DNA of 64,000 bases, taken from positions 49,848,001 to 49,912,000 of the forward strand of contig NC_043005.1 of the NCBI RefSeq assembly GCF_006345805.1, in the 5' to 3' direction. A model generated the notes under the pieces. The model saw only the letters and a program-made list of their open reading frames with translations, did no database searches and had not been told where the DNA came from. This DNA is from Octopus sinensis. Taxonomy: Eukaryota. The number at the start of each line of letters is the position of its first letter. Within the stretch, counting starts at the first letter, position 1. Below are positions 49,081 through 62,159 of the stretch, piece by piece. The position numbers and the translations under genes were made by a program.

Positions 49081-50026
49081 AAACATCCTCTCTATATCAA
49101 AGAATACTTTTGCGGAGCCCTATGATAAATTTATCCAGTTTGAAAAGCTATTTTAGTTTTATGGAACCTGATGAAAACGATAAACTGGATTTATGTTAAT
49201 TTTGAGAGATGCAGTAGCTAGTTACTCCAAAAGAGGAGGTTAAAGATGGTATTACATCCTATTCAAGAGCAAAAAAAATCTCATAGCATCTAAATTTACT
49301 GGCAGCAAAACTATACTCCGTGAATGAATAAGACTATTCATGAAAACAACAGTTTGGATAACCCATTAATAATTTTTGACAGTTCTTTTAGAAAAACATC
49401 AAGATATTGTAAATTTTCTATATCATTCGTGGAAGAGTCTATTAAAAATGCTTTTCCCCTAGAACTTAAAAAAAAAAACGATTGAAAGGCAGTTTGTTAT
49501 AGCTTTGCTTTATCTCATAAAGAAGGAAAAGCTTTGCATTGCAAAATAACGTTTCGTTCTTACAGTCCCGGTGGAAGAGTCCACTATCAATCTTTATGGA
49601 TAGCCTTACCATGAATGACAAGGATCTTTCTCCTACGACTATTGGGAAATTAACTTCGATTCAGGTCAAAACCTCTCCAAAATCTCACAATGTGCCCTGT
49701 TGCTATTGATATACGATATCTCAATTGTAAGATGACAGAACGTTTTAATAAGACTTACCGAAAAATAGCATTAGCTGAACCATCCCATTAAACACACAAC
49801 AAAAAGTTTCTTTTTTTTTGAGACTATACATTCAATGGTGGATAATCCATAATGGTAAAGAAATTGTTCTTGATTCTTGAAAGTATTGCGAAAAAGAATG
49901 GTATTAAATCATACCCAAATCATCTAAAAAAACGCAAAATGTTGATGGAAACAAGCTTAACATTGGAAAGACGATACTAAATGAACAATTGCTACACAGT
50001 TAATAAAGTTTTTCTTGTCCGTGAAA

Positions 50027-50413
50027 TCTTTATATATAAATGTGAAGTTGTGTGTCTGTCTCCTACGATTTAGATTCCTAACTACTCCCACATTTTGCGG
50101 TGCAGTGTAACCAAAAGTCGTGATTCATATCGAGCCCTTCTGGGTATTAGCGCGCGTCTACGATGAGTCTACGATTTAAAAAAAAATTTACCATCAAGTT
50201 TTCACATTTTTAATGCATTTTCGCTCGGTTTATATAAGGGAAGTAACTCTCTAAAAATGTATTATTAAATCTCAGAACGTAAAAAGCGACAGTAACCACC
50301 CCCCCTTTTGTGGTTAGCCATATTGAGATGGCTATTATACTTTAGATCTCTCTAAAAATGCTTATATAGTTATTTCCCTTACAAACCCGAGCAACGCCGG
50401 GCGATACTGCTAG
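50027..50413 (+). mobile_element. Non-autonomous Helitron
   Basis: A|TCTTTATATATAAATG … CCGAGCAACGCCGGGCGATACTGCTAG|T. Confidence 0.9.
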
Positions 50414-50992
50414 TAATATCTAATTCAATCATTTTGGAAATTTCTGCATTATTTCGATTTCATTTCCCTCAGATTGAATTTAAAAGGTAATTCTTCACTT
50501 TTTAACTGCGTCAGCTGTATGTGTTGATTCAAGACTTAATGTCATGGGAACTGGTGCTTCTCTGGTGGATGCGTTGAGTTACCGTCTGCGTGTAAATGAT
50601 GAACAACGCTCGTGAATAATTAACAGAAGCGTTGTTTACTGCATACAGTGTTTTCCATGTTGGTCTTTGAATGAAGAATACAGACAATAATTTGTACACT
50701 TTGAGACAAAGACAAACTCCGTAGTTGCAACAAAATTGTTGGTTAGTATAGCTCCTAGGACTTCATTGTCACGTCTAAATTCATGACGGCAAATCTGTAG
50801 TTTCTATCTGCCCAGCTGGGGAAATAGAAACGTGAGTATGAATTTGTTAAAACCAATGTTTGGCATACGGCTTCTGCTCCTGCAGAAAGAAAATGAGAAT
50901 GTGGTTGTCACTGCGATGGTCTCCAACATTTTGAGGTTTAGCACCCAAAATTCACTGATTTATAAGACTTTTGAGAATATTCTAGGTCTGAT

Positions 50993-52870
50993 TCTTTATT
51001 TCCCACAAGGGGTCAACACAGAGGGGATAATACAAAATACAGGTAGATAAAAACGAATGAATTTTACAAAGAAATGGACAAATTAAAAATTTCTGAAAAT
51101 ATAGCGTATAGTTTAAACAAACAAGGACAATACAATGCAGTGGGGGACGAGTTCAGCTCCGACCCCACAAGCTCCGTTCTACCACTGAGACCTTTTAATT
51201 TTTCTTCATTGTTTAAACTTACGTCTGGTCATTTATACCCAGCATTCGCACCACTTTCTTCCATCTTTTGTTATATATCGCAGACACCAGACATCTCCTC
51301 TCCAGCCGTATTTTTCTTTTGAGATGGAAAATAAAGGTTACTAAATCTCGACTGGAGATGAAGAAGCCTGTCGCTACTACTGTCATTCGAAACTTCCATA
51401 CTGCCTCTTTTGCCATAGCAATTACAACGAGAAAACAAACATTTTCTTCCTTTTACAAGACGGCGGAGTAATCTTAATGATTGATTCGGACGACAGCAGC
51501 TGTTCCACATAAACCCACAATTTCAAGATTTTCGGACATTGTACAATAGCGTGCAGGACAATTTCTCTGTCCTGCTCACATCTGGGACAAGTCAGCGAAC
51601 ACTGACCTCCATACCTTGCGAATTTATCACGAACATCGGATACGATCATGGTGATATCATCTGCGAACGCCGGTACAAACCTTCCATAACTTAGATCTCA
51701 TGGGACGCCCTTTATAGCCTCCAACTTCTGCAGCAAGGGCTCGAGAGCCAATAAGTGCAGGAGTGGAGAAAGAGGCATCCTTATCGCACCGAGCGCTTGA
51801 TGGAGAACGGCTCCGAAAGGAAACCGTTCACCCGAACGATCGAATCGATGTTGCTGTAAAGAGCAGTGATCCAACTAAGAAAGCAGTGGAGCAGCCCGAA
51901 TGCCGCAAGGACCGACACTAGATACCGACGGACAACTCTGTTAAAAGCTTTAGCCTGGTCTAAATGAACCAGAGCCCCAGCCCTTGCCAGGAATTTTATC
52001 CGCCATCTCTAAGGTACGATGGAGATTGTCCTGGATGGATCTGCCAGGAATGGCACACGAGTTCACGCGCCAATCTTTTCGCTAGTACCTTGGCCAAAAT
52101 CTTCAGCTCTGTGTTAAGCAGAGTGATGAGTCGGAAATTATCTACAACTTCCCCTTTGTTTGGGTCCTTTCTTAGCAGTGTGACCACCACTCGGCTCACA
52201 GCCCTAGGTATAAACCCATTCTGCTGCCAGTTGGCAAAAACACATGCAGGTAGGTGCTCAAACAAGTCTGGCATACTATAATATAGCTCGTAGGGAAGAC
52301 CATCAAGCCCCGGCAACTTGTCCCCGCTGCAGACCGACAAAGCCTCTTCCACTTCTGCAGCTGTGATCGGTTCTTCACTGTTTTCCGCTTCCTTCTCCGA
52401 GAGACGCGGCAAACCGGCGAGGAAGTCTGTGAGGTCCCTCCTGCGCTCCGGTCCGCCGCTCCTCCCGAAAAGCTGAGCGAAATGCTCCTGAAAGACCTTA
52501 CAGATCTCCTCGGGTTCGTTTACCAATTTCTCCTGTTGGTTCGTCAATTGCTAATTGAGATGTTGGTTGAGAATCAATCTCGCAGCCAAAACTTGTGGTA
52601 CAGAGCCAGACATCAGTGCCTCTTCTAAACCCTTAGTTAAGTCCCTTTCTATCCTATTTCTCTTAGCAACTAACTCTTCGCTACATCTAATGGACTCGAA
52701 CTTTATGGCTCTTTTGAGGGCATACCACCATTTGTTGTTTATAATAGCGCCGGTCAATGCCTCCAGCACTACCATCCTAATCCGACTCATCTACTCCGCA
52801 TCAGCCAAAAGGGACTTGTTGAGTTTCCAGTTGCTGGGACCTTGCCTACGCAACTTATCTAAGTCAAACT
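50993..52870 (-). mobile_element. 5'-truncated, internally deleted L1/Tx1-clade LINE
   Basis: On -: PSNWKLNKSLL (end of endonuclease); PGLDGLPYELY; ITLLNTELKILAKVLAKRL; LDQAKAFNRV; LSPLLHLLALEPLL; AFADDITMI; then CPRCEQDREIVLHAIVQC (C-terminal zinc motif) and a 3' UTR. The exact 3' end is inferred. Confidence 0.88.
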
Positions 52871-53126
52871 GACTTTTACTCAGTTATTTCAGTGATTCGG
52901 TTTCGAATCTGCGACGATAGTATGTTGGACAAACCTTGAAACTTATACTGTTTACTGTGAAAGCAATATCTTTGCGTTGCTCTACTCGGAATTGCTAATT
53001 AAAGTTACAATTCACAATCTGCTGCCGAGGAAACAATTAAATATTCAAAGAAGTTCTGTTCAACAAAGTGGAGGTAAAAATGGTCCATTAAGTATCTAAT
53101 ATTAGTAATCTAATATCAATAGCTAC

Positions 53127-53345
53127 AAGGGCAGCGAGCCGGCAGAATCGCTAGCACGGCGGACAAAATGCTTAGTGACATTTCGTCCTTTACGTTCTGA
53201 GTTCAAATTCCGCTGAGGTCATTTTGCCTTTCATCCTTTCGGGGTCGATAAAATAAGTACCAATTGAGTACTTGCATCGATGTAATTGACTTTCTCTCTC
53301 CCCTGAACTTACTGGCTTTGTGCCAAAATTTGAAACCAATATTAA
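53127..53345 (+). mobile_element. SINE family A, tail iii
   Basis: gggcagcgagccggcagaatcgctagc…gccaaaatttgaaaccaatatt. Confidence 0.85.
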
Positions 53346-53899
53346 GTAGATAAAACCATCTAACCGTATTTCTCACTCCACTCATTATTGATGTTTGAAG
53401 TTAAATTCAGGGAGATCATCATTTCAGTTCTGTCGGCCTTCGTTCGGCATGTTGTCAAGTGTCTTCGCTTCTCCGAAAGGAACATTTTGTAGCCATCAAA
53501 GTAAATAACGAATAATTAAAATTTACGTGATTGTCTTTTAAAATTACTAATCGAGTAGCTATTTTTAGCGAAGTAATTAGGACTTAAAAAGGCTTTGGTG
53601 TGGCGATATATGGGGAAGAGAAAGAAAGGTCCACAATAAAAATTTGCTATCTTTTATTCGAATGAAATAGGTTATCACTCCCCCAAAAATGAAAAAAATC
53701 AGAATTATTGTGCCTAGGCGACGTTTTTAGTGAAGAAAATATTCTGCCGGGCCCAGACATGTACTACCATCGTCACTCAGGTCTCCTATGCCTAGAAAAA
53801 ATCCCAGTATTGAGTGTTTTATTAGGTTAATTGTATATTATTGTATATAATGTTGTGCTGAAATTGCACTATCCTTCTTTGAAGCTAAACAATATCAAC

Positions 53900-54600
53900 G
53901 TTACTATTATCAGCTGAATATGTTGATGCAATTAAGAAACTGAAAGACGGTATTGCTACGGCTTCATTATCTGTTCTGCCACCTGGTTCACGACTTACTT
54001 TTAAAACAGATGTGTCTGTATCATCAATAGATTCTGTAATAATGCAAAATTGGCAACCAATTTGCTTCTATTCACTTAGATTAAATGGTTTTGAAAAGAA
54101 ATGTAGAGTTAGAAACCTTTGCAATAGTCAAACTACTTGAAAAATATTGCGTTACTTATTAGCACAAAAATTCAAAATTGTCACAAATCAATAAGCGATA
54201 GCTTTTCTATTTGGTAATCGACCTAAACCTGCTATCATAAGTTCTAAACTGTGTCACTGAACACTATAGCTATCAGCGTTCTTTTATGAATGAAATACAA
54301 CACCTTTGTTGAAGATAATGAATTTATGTCAAATGATGAACAGGAAGATATAATAAAATATTGGTCTGGTTATCAGCAATTAAATTGGCTTTCCCATCAG
54401 GATTACTTGTTAAAGGGCACTGCTAAAAACCCAGTGAAACAATGCCTGTAAAAGAATGGACGAACTCAATATAAGGTCAATGACTATCTAGCAATCGCAC
54501 AGGGACTTAAAAATTCTGGGTTAGTGTCTGATATACTGTAAGATTGCTGAAATTATACATTCGGTGTAGTTGTGAACCAAGTTATAACTTCTCCTACAAA
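53900..54600 (+). pseudogene. Heavily decayed LTR-retrotransposon pol (RNase H / integrase) remnant
   Basis: FKTDVSVSSIDSVIMQNWQPICFYSLRL resembles the TDAS..AIG.VL.Q…PI.F.SR.L RNase H motif. Confidence 0.6.
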
Positions 54601-54824
54601 CATTCTTCAGCAAAAGCTAAGATGTGCCTCACTTTCAATAGTCTTACATTCATTTAATAGTCTTTGTTCATTCAATTGTAATAATCTACAAAGAAAATAT
54701 GATACAGATGAAATTAGATTGTATGATATACGAGCAGGGTTAAAGCCTCTACACCAAAGTTACAACTGGCCAACTTATACTGTGAACAAAATCTTGGCTA
54801 CGACTGTCACTTGACACTGTAGGA

Positions 54825-55589
54825 CAGTGGTTCTAAACCTTTTTAATATCCAAGCCAGACCCCAAACCTGGGCGTCTTTAAGAGGCCGCACAAAAAAAGA
54901 AAACTAAACAGAAGACAATTAAACAAAAATTTATATTTATAGAGGTTTAACGAGGTAAGTTAGTTGAAGAATTAAGCTGGCTTGAGTTCCAATACATGTG
55001 TATGTAGATAAAGGAAGAACGAGAAAACGAGGTAAGATTAAATGCGACGAATTATTCAACCCATGAAAGAGCATTAACACGGCAAAGTTGTTGTAATTCA
55101 TCTTGAATGATAGTGTCAGAAAATATACATATTGGTTCCCCATGCAGTTGGTTCTTGAATAGAACAGGAAAGCAAGAAAGTAACATGACTTCTGCTCGAA
55201 GACATGAAAGACGTACGTATCAAATGTTACCTGCGAAATAAACTTCTTCTGCCAAGATCCAAACTTGACCACGCAATCCCACCTCACTGAAAAATAGCGG
55301 GAAAGCTTCTTCTTCTTATTCCGGCGAATAGACATAAATTTGCCCGCGCTTGGTTGATCTGTCACGTGATGGGATGAAAGCCCACATAAAGCCAGAAAGG
55401 CTAGATCGATGTATAACCCATCACGTGACCACTTGTAGAAAACATAGCGTATGAGCCAATATTTTTGATAGTTAAGCCTAATCGGTCGAACGATAATCAT
55501 GTCTCTGCGACAGAGGGAAGACCGTTGGGAGCCGCAGGAAAGAGGCTTGAGGCTGATGCGGCTCTGGGAGCCGCAGTTGAGAAACATTG
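54825..55589 (-). mobile_element. hAT (Buster/SPIN-like) deletion derivative
   Basis: TIRs CAGTGGTTCTAAAC / GTTGAGAAACATTG; flanks ctgTAgga / cggTAgta; the - ORF contains LVLPLSTYTC, similar to LLPF.STYLCE. Confidence 0.75.
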
Positions 55590-55624
55590 CGGTAGTATCA
55601 AAAACAATAATATGGGCAACTGCT

Positions 55625-56360
55625 TGTAACGAACTTTGTGTGAGTGTTTACTCTTGTGCACTTTTGGGGTGCACAAAGCAATCACTAGCCGTTGCTTTAA
55701 TAATCCAGATTCTCTACCAGTCAGAAACAACAAGACGCAGACGTAAAAGATATATATACTACTTTATTCTCTTTCTTGGTAACAGTAACAATAAGTGTGT
55801 TATCTGATGTCCTTGGTTCGGGGCGCGCAAGGCTGAAAGTTAATCGATTGTAATATTTACAATATTCAGCCGCCAAAACCAGAACGGGTTCAAGATGGCG
55901 TCGAACAGGGAAGTTGAATGTGGTCGGCAACAATTTGGTTAAAGGCATTCGGCCGACTGCTGCTAGAATCAAGTCCTGACGGAGAGAGAATATACGTGAC
56001 CGTTGCCTTCGATAGCCATGTCTCAAAGTCCCCGCTGACTGCTGCTAGCGGTCAAACGTTCTACGACCCCCTGCCTCGCTAACTGCTACGTAGGCAATAG
56101 GGTTCTCCTTCCGGTGGTTCGCGCATGCGCGAGAGGGCCCTTCCTTTCTGTGCCTTTCTGTGCCTTTCTGTGCGCGAAATAGAAAATGGACGGTGCGCGA
56201 GCGCGCGCCGTTGTAGGATCACTAGATGCTCTTTTCTTTTTAGCTGTGCAGAGAATGTAGAATTGGATGTTCTATAATTGTATTGTATTGTTATGGGTCG
56301 CTTAGCTTGATTGTACAGAGCACATAACTCGAGTTTGAGACGTGTGGGTTTCAATACTTT
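55625..56360 (-). mobile_element. CpG-rich segment, possible solo LTR
   Basis: Ends …GTTCGTTACA on -, with AATAAA about 140 nt upstream; CpG-rich relative to the flanks; the other terminus and a TSD were not confirmed. Confidence 0.4.
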
Positions 56361-56554
56361 GTAGCGGCTTCCATATTTACTTTTTCACTGGCTGTGCTCC
56401 AGCATGGCTACAGCCTTTGGGCTGAAACTTATAAAAGAATATTGTAATGTTAAATACAAACAACAGTAGAATTATGTGAGATTACGAGAAAGTTGGTCTC
56501 GTATGTATTGGGTTGTAGTGAAACAGTTCGCCATTAACCAGGAACAATTCATTC

Positions 56555-56991
56555 TAATTTTGGCACAAGACTAGCAGTTTTTAGCGGAGAGGAAAAGTCG
56601 ATTGCATTGATGTCTGTGTCCAGCTGCTATTTATTTTATAGGTCCTGAAGTAATTACAGGCAAAGTCAACCGCTGTGACATTTGAATTCAGAACGTAAAG
56701 CAAGAAATGCCGCTAAGCGTTTTGTCTGGTGCGGTGACAATTCTGCCAGCTCGCCACCTTAGGTTTGCTATTAATAATCCTTTCTGCTTTTGGCACAAGG
56801 CCTGATATTTTGGAGGGAAGGGATCAGTTGATTACATCGATCCCAGTACTCAACAGGTACTTATTTTATCGACCTCGAAGAGGTAAAAAGCAAAGTCAAC
56901 GGTGGCGGAACTTCGAACTCAGAACGCAAAGACAGACGAAATGCTACAAAGCATATTGTCCGACGTGCTAACGATTTTGCCAGTTTGTCAT
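56555..56991 (-). mobile_element. Head-to-tail pair of SINE A copies; the upstream one has an 18-bp TSD
   Basis: CTTAG(G/A)TTTGCTATTAAT at 56758-56775 and 56992-57009. Confidence 0.85.
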
Positions 56992-57299
56992 CTTAGATTT
57001 GCTATTAATTATAAATTGTGAATAAACAATGAATTACAATACAGTGAAAAAGAACTACATTATCTAATGGGTTTAACCCTGTTTAAAGCCAGTAACGTAA
57101 GATTTGGAGTTTGTTTCGTAGTTCTAGCTGATAGAACAACCACATAGAGGCTCCCTTGATATTACTGGTAGGAATCTTGTTTGTCACGGCTAGAATACTT
57201 TTGGTCTTAAGCCTGCATGATTAGGGCTAAGTAAACAACAAGACGACGACCACCACCAATACCACCACCAACAACAACAATATTAACATTAATAATAAT

Positions 57300-57870
57300 A
57301 ATCCTTTCTACTAAAGGCACATCTGGTGGGAGAGGAATAGCCGATTACATCGATCCCAGTGTTTCACTGGTACTTAATTCATCGACCCCGAAAAGATGAA
57401 AGGCAAAGTTGGGCTTGGCGAAATTTGAACTCAGAACGTAGCGACGGGCAAAATACCGCTAAGCATCTCACCCAGTACACTAACGATTCTGCCAGCTCGC
57501 CGCTTTCATAGTTCCTTTTAATTTTGGCGCAGGAGCAGCAATTTTAGGGAAAGGATTAGTCGATTACATGATATCCCACCAGGGCTCAACTATTACTTAT
57601 TTTATCGACCTCGGAAGCATGAAAGGCAAAGATGACCTCAGTGGGATTAGAACCAAAAAACTGAACAAATACAGCAAAGTATTCTATTTGATGCTTTAAC
57701 GATTATGCCAATCTTCATCTTTGATAATTACTTACATAGACACAAGGCCACGAATTTGGAAGAACAATTGATTAAATCGACTCCAATACCGAATTTAATC
57801 ACAAGCAGGATTTGAACTCAGAGGTCGAGGACCTGAGGAAATACCGAAGCTTTAATGATCGTGGCAATCC
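57300..57870 (-). mobile_element. Array of about three SINE A copies of increasing divergence
   Basis: Repeated body motifs at about 57300-57505, 57520-57720 and 57735-57870. Confidence 0.7.
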
Positions 57871-57930
57871 ACCTTTCCATAAGCAACCGAGTAAAACCTT
57901 TATGATTCGTATTAGAACTAATTAAATTCT

Positions 57931-58027
57931 TTACATTATTTACATTTGACGGATATTTGTCCTCATCTTGTTTGTTGTTAACACAAACAAGACGAGGACA
58001 AATATCCGTCAAATGTAAATAACGTAA
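57931..58027. repeat. Near-perfect 97-bp palindrome (45-bp arms)
   Basis: 57931-57975 versus 57983-58027, 2 mismatches, 7-nt spacer TGTTAAC. Confidence 0.92.
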
Positions 58028-58615
58028 ATAATGTAAATAATGTACATAATTCCTCATCTCTTAAATATAGAACTATAATTAAATTCTCTTTCATTAAATA
58101 AGCATGGTTATGGAATGATGGTCAGGTGGATAAAGTATTAAGAAACAATATCAAGGGATGCCTGTTCAAATCAACAGCAGATGGATTCTGTAGTGTATTA
58201 GTACTTCACGCTCAAGTGGACTCTACAGTTTATCTAGAGTTGAGAAATAGATATCTTGTTATTTGTGACTTAGTTGTATACTGTAGTTAACTGATGATTT
58301 ATCTTGGTTAAATTACTGTTTAAGAATATCGGTTCGTAAAGTTACTTTGGTCGAGTGAGGAGCAATTTAAATAAGTGAAGAATTCACAAATAGAGAAACA
58401 GAAAAACAGTGCAGCAGAAAAGGCTGAAACCGGTGATAGCAGGTTTGTGGCTGAGCTTAGATCAATGGCTCTCAAGCAATTTTATTTAGTATCCATGGGA
58501 AATTAAAAAATAATTATAGCTGTTTGTTGCACGGGAAATTTGGATAAAACTGTGTTAAAAATAAAATTAGAGCCCAAACCCCAGAAAACTAATGTTTATC
58601 ATGTTTTATTAAGCA

Positions 58616-58990
58616 CCAGCAATGCATCCCGGCGTTGCCCAGGTGTTATGACCTACAGTCACGTTGTATTAGTTGTTCTTTTCTTATGGGCAGAATCGGC
58701 ACAACTGATATATAGTGAACTGGATTACTGGCGTAATGGAAGTTATTGTTTGTTTAAAAGTGAATGGGGGGGGGGATACAATTTGCATGGGTTTGCATGA
58801 AAGTGCTTTCTGTTCTTAAGAAGGATCACAAACTATGCATTGTTTCATCGTATAAAAAGGGGGTTAATACGATTTTGTATTTTGTTCAGAAATCACGTTT
58901 TCAAAATTTTAATCCCACCATTTCGAATCTTTTTTTTATCCACGTAGAAAAATACAGAGATTACGAATCTGGTAAAAAAGATATTTTTTA
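58616..58990 (-). mobile_element. Degenerate Helitron-like 3' end
   Basis: a|ccagcaatgcatcccggcgttgcccagg resembles a|ctagcagtatcgcccggcgttgctcggg; the 5' end is not defined. Confidence 0.45.
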
Positions 58991-59657
58991 AAGTTTAATT
59001 TTTCTTAAATACTCAATGCCTCTTCCTCCACCTCGCCCACCCATCACCATCGAAAAGCTAACCCCGCCCAATGTTTCACTTTCGACTGATGTTTCATGCA
59101 TGCGTAGAATTGTACTGAAATAGCAGATGTAAAAAATACCAGACCACTACCAGAAAACCCAACATGCTAGAAACAACAGGTAAAGGACATTATTTCTGAA
59201 GAAACTTCCATGCTTCCCAAAAAGCTAAAAGCAAAACATTGGAAGTTTGTAGGTTTTTGAAACTGATGAAGTGATGGGTGGATGTTTGGGAAGGTGCCTC
59301 GTTTTTATTTTTGTTCATCGTTTTTTGCTTCTATCTCTTTAAATCTATATCGCGAAGATGCTTCACTTTCTAGCTCTTTCGACATACTCCTAAGGATGTA
59401 CAGTTGTATACAAACGTACATAAGTACGTACGTGCGTGTGTATGTGTGTTATTTTTGTCGAGTTGCTCTTGCTTCTCTGTATTTCATTTGTGAGTGCACA
59501 GGGTCTCCAGGTAAGTTACGACCGAAAAATTATGGAATTTGAAGACCCTGTTCACCCACAGGTGAAACTGAATAGCAAGAGACTGATTCGGCGAAAATAA
59601 AATATTATTTATCTTTTTTTTATGGTATGAGTATTTTTTTCCGGCAGTCAACACTAA

Positions 59658-59660
<3 letters not shown>

Positions 59661-59738
<78 letters not shown>

Positions 59739-59745
59739 TATATAT
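59661..59745. repeat. (TA)n microsatellite
   Basis: Direct reading. Confidence 0.95.
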
Positions 59746-59884
59746 GTGTGTGTATATATCTTTGAATGCAAAGATATATACATTGATATGGATATTACAG
59801 ATATGTCAGCATGTCAGTATATCGGTGTGTGTGTGTATATATATATACGCACATACGTATCTATATGTGTGTGAGTGTATTTGA

Positions 59885-59930
<46 letters not shown>

Positions 59931-60886
59931 ATATACATACACACATACACAGACATGAATATGTTTATATATGTATTAGAGACGAGTAGGAGGGAGGGAG
60001 GGAGACTCAGTGTTACGTGTGCATATATCAATAATCTAACGCTGTAAATTATGTACAATGCACATTGTAAAGACGGAAAGACTTCTGTGCAGACATAATT
60101 TTAAACCACCCATCCACTAGCCAAAACGATTCGTTAGAATGATTATATAGAACACTAAATAGTTATTTGCTAAAGAAACAAATAGACCCTTTGATGATAC
60201 GAAGCATAGCTTCAAATTACTAACGATTTCAAAGTATAGCATTATAGAGAAATTTTGTTTGAACTTGGTTTGAGCAGATGGCGACTGAATAATTTTTTTT
60301 CTGTCTTTTCTGTTTTCCGGCAATTGAAGTGTTCGGTTCGAAGTTTGAGTGATCGAAGTGATTTTTTTTTTTTTTTAATGTTTTCTGTACCACGTCATTC
60401 ATAGTTATAGATTTTGAAGGGGCGGAACAGACTTGAAAGTGTACCAAATGCTCATAAACGACAAAGGCTACGAGATGTATAGAAGTTGATAATAACCGTA
60501 ACATACACATTGACCCACCAATCCTCACAAATATCGAATGATTTTTTTTGCGTTTTTGTTTGTCTAAACACAAGGCCAATCCTATGTTTTTAATCTAACA
60601 AAAAGGATTAGACCACTGATTATTGACAAATATTAGGGTCTCTCCCCCAAATTATCGTGAACTATTTTTTTGCTTCATTCTCTTTATTAATGAGTGTTCG
60701 TGTACGTATGAACATGTTTGTGGGTGTCCGCAAGCAATTATAGTCTTGTTCCCCAACTTCTCACCAGACCCCAACCAAATGCCGAATATAATTTAAAGCA
60801 CTGGCATATATTTAAGAGTTCCTGTGTGTCCTTAGTTCCTCTTCCATTGCTATCAGAGTGATGTATCGTCCAGTGTTTATTCTTGA

Positions 60887-60929
60887 CTGAAGAATCGACT
60901 ACAGGTTTGGGGAAACTCCAGAGTAACAG
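60887..60929 (+). ncRNA. Degenerate hammerhead motif related to 35517-35553
   Basis: CTGAAGA…GAAACTC-CA-GAGT-A-ACAG; stems I and II are eroded. Confidence 0.4.
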
Positions 60930-61244
60930 ATTACTGGATGGGTTTCAATGAATTATTGCAATCTGCGTTTGTATTAAGCAATAGATACTTCTTCCGTTCG
61001 CAACCACCGGACACACACACACACACGTATATATTTTAAGTTTATCTCTACAGATTATCTATAGAATTTAGAGCCAGCACTGAAAGTTAGGTTTCATATG
61101 CAAATAAGTCTATGTAAACGATGTGATCAAAGATAGCAAAATACTCGATAGTATATTATGCTTGCAAAATGAAATACGGTGTTCCTACCAGCAATTAACA
61201 CACACACGCATAAATATATTCACATATATATATACTTGAAATTT

Positions 61245-61400
61245 ATAGAAAAACAAAAGACAATTTCAGGTGTATGAACAACAAACAAGTGTATTAGGTT
61301 GACACCTGGAAAAATGAAAGTCTTTTACCTTTTGAGCCTATTATTCTTCAACAGAATGGAATGAAAGAAAATAAACAGACAGAATGAAAAACTAGAAAAC
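61245..61400 (-). mobile_element. Family Y repeat, diverged
   Basis: On -: ttCTGTTGAAGAataatagGCTCaaaaggtaaaagac. Confidence 0.55.
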
Positions 61401-61414
61401 AAATGTATGTTTTT

Positions 61415-61455
<41 letters not shown>

Positions 61456-61860
61456 GGGAGAGAGAGAAAGAAAGAAAAGGAGAATAAAATTCATAATTAT
61501 AATTAACCATAATTACAATAGAGAGAACATGAGGCATCTATCTGCTAAAAAGAGGAGCTAAACCCTCAAGTAAACCTCCGAATAACATTGAAATATACAA
61601 CGGATCAACAGAAATTGGGCAAGTGAGTAAGGTTTATCAAAAATTATCATAGATCAAAGCTGTAGAATGTAGAATGAAGAATTGGATATACTTGGATCAT
61701 AATTTTGAGTTCTGGCTATTGCCTCAACTCTCCTCAGCAAGTATTACCATATGGAAAATGATCACACCTCATTGGAATCTGTGTAGCTCTGAATCGTCAC
61801 ATGTAAATTCATAATAACTTCAGTATATAATATATATAAGGAGTAAATATATATATATAT

Positions 61861-61863
<3 letters not shown>

Positions 61864-61931
<68 letters not shown>
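61864..61931. repeat. (CA)n microsatellite
   Basis: Direct reading. Confidence 0.95.
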
Positions 61932-61933
<2 letters not shown>

Positions 61934-62124
61934 GTGAGTGAATGGAAGTGGTAAATGAAAAAAAGTGTCTCTCACCACCTTTTGTAGGAATTACATTTGT
62001 TTTTAAAAATAGCTTGACTTGGCTCTCTTAGGACTTAAAATTGTGTAGGCACATAGGATGCACTCATCTCCTCAGATATTAGGAAATGAGATGGATGCAT
62101 CCAAAATGTTATTAAAATATTATG

Positions 62125-62159
<35 letters not shown>

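Noticed and set aside
49090-49990. Possible decayed ORF of a large DNA transposon
   Set aside because: Multiple stops and no identifiable motif, so it cannot be supported by eye.
54937-55587. 216-aa ORF as a host gene
   Set aside because: It lies entirely within hAT TIRs and contains decayed transposase motifs.
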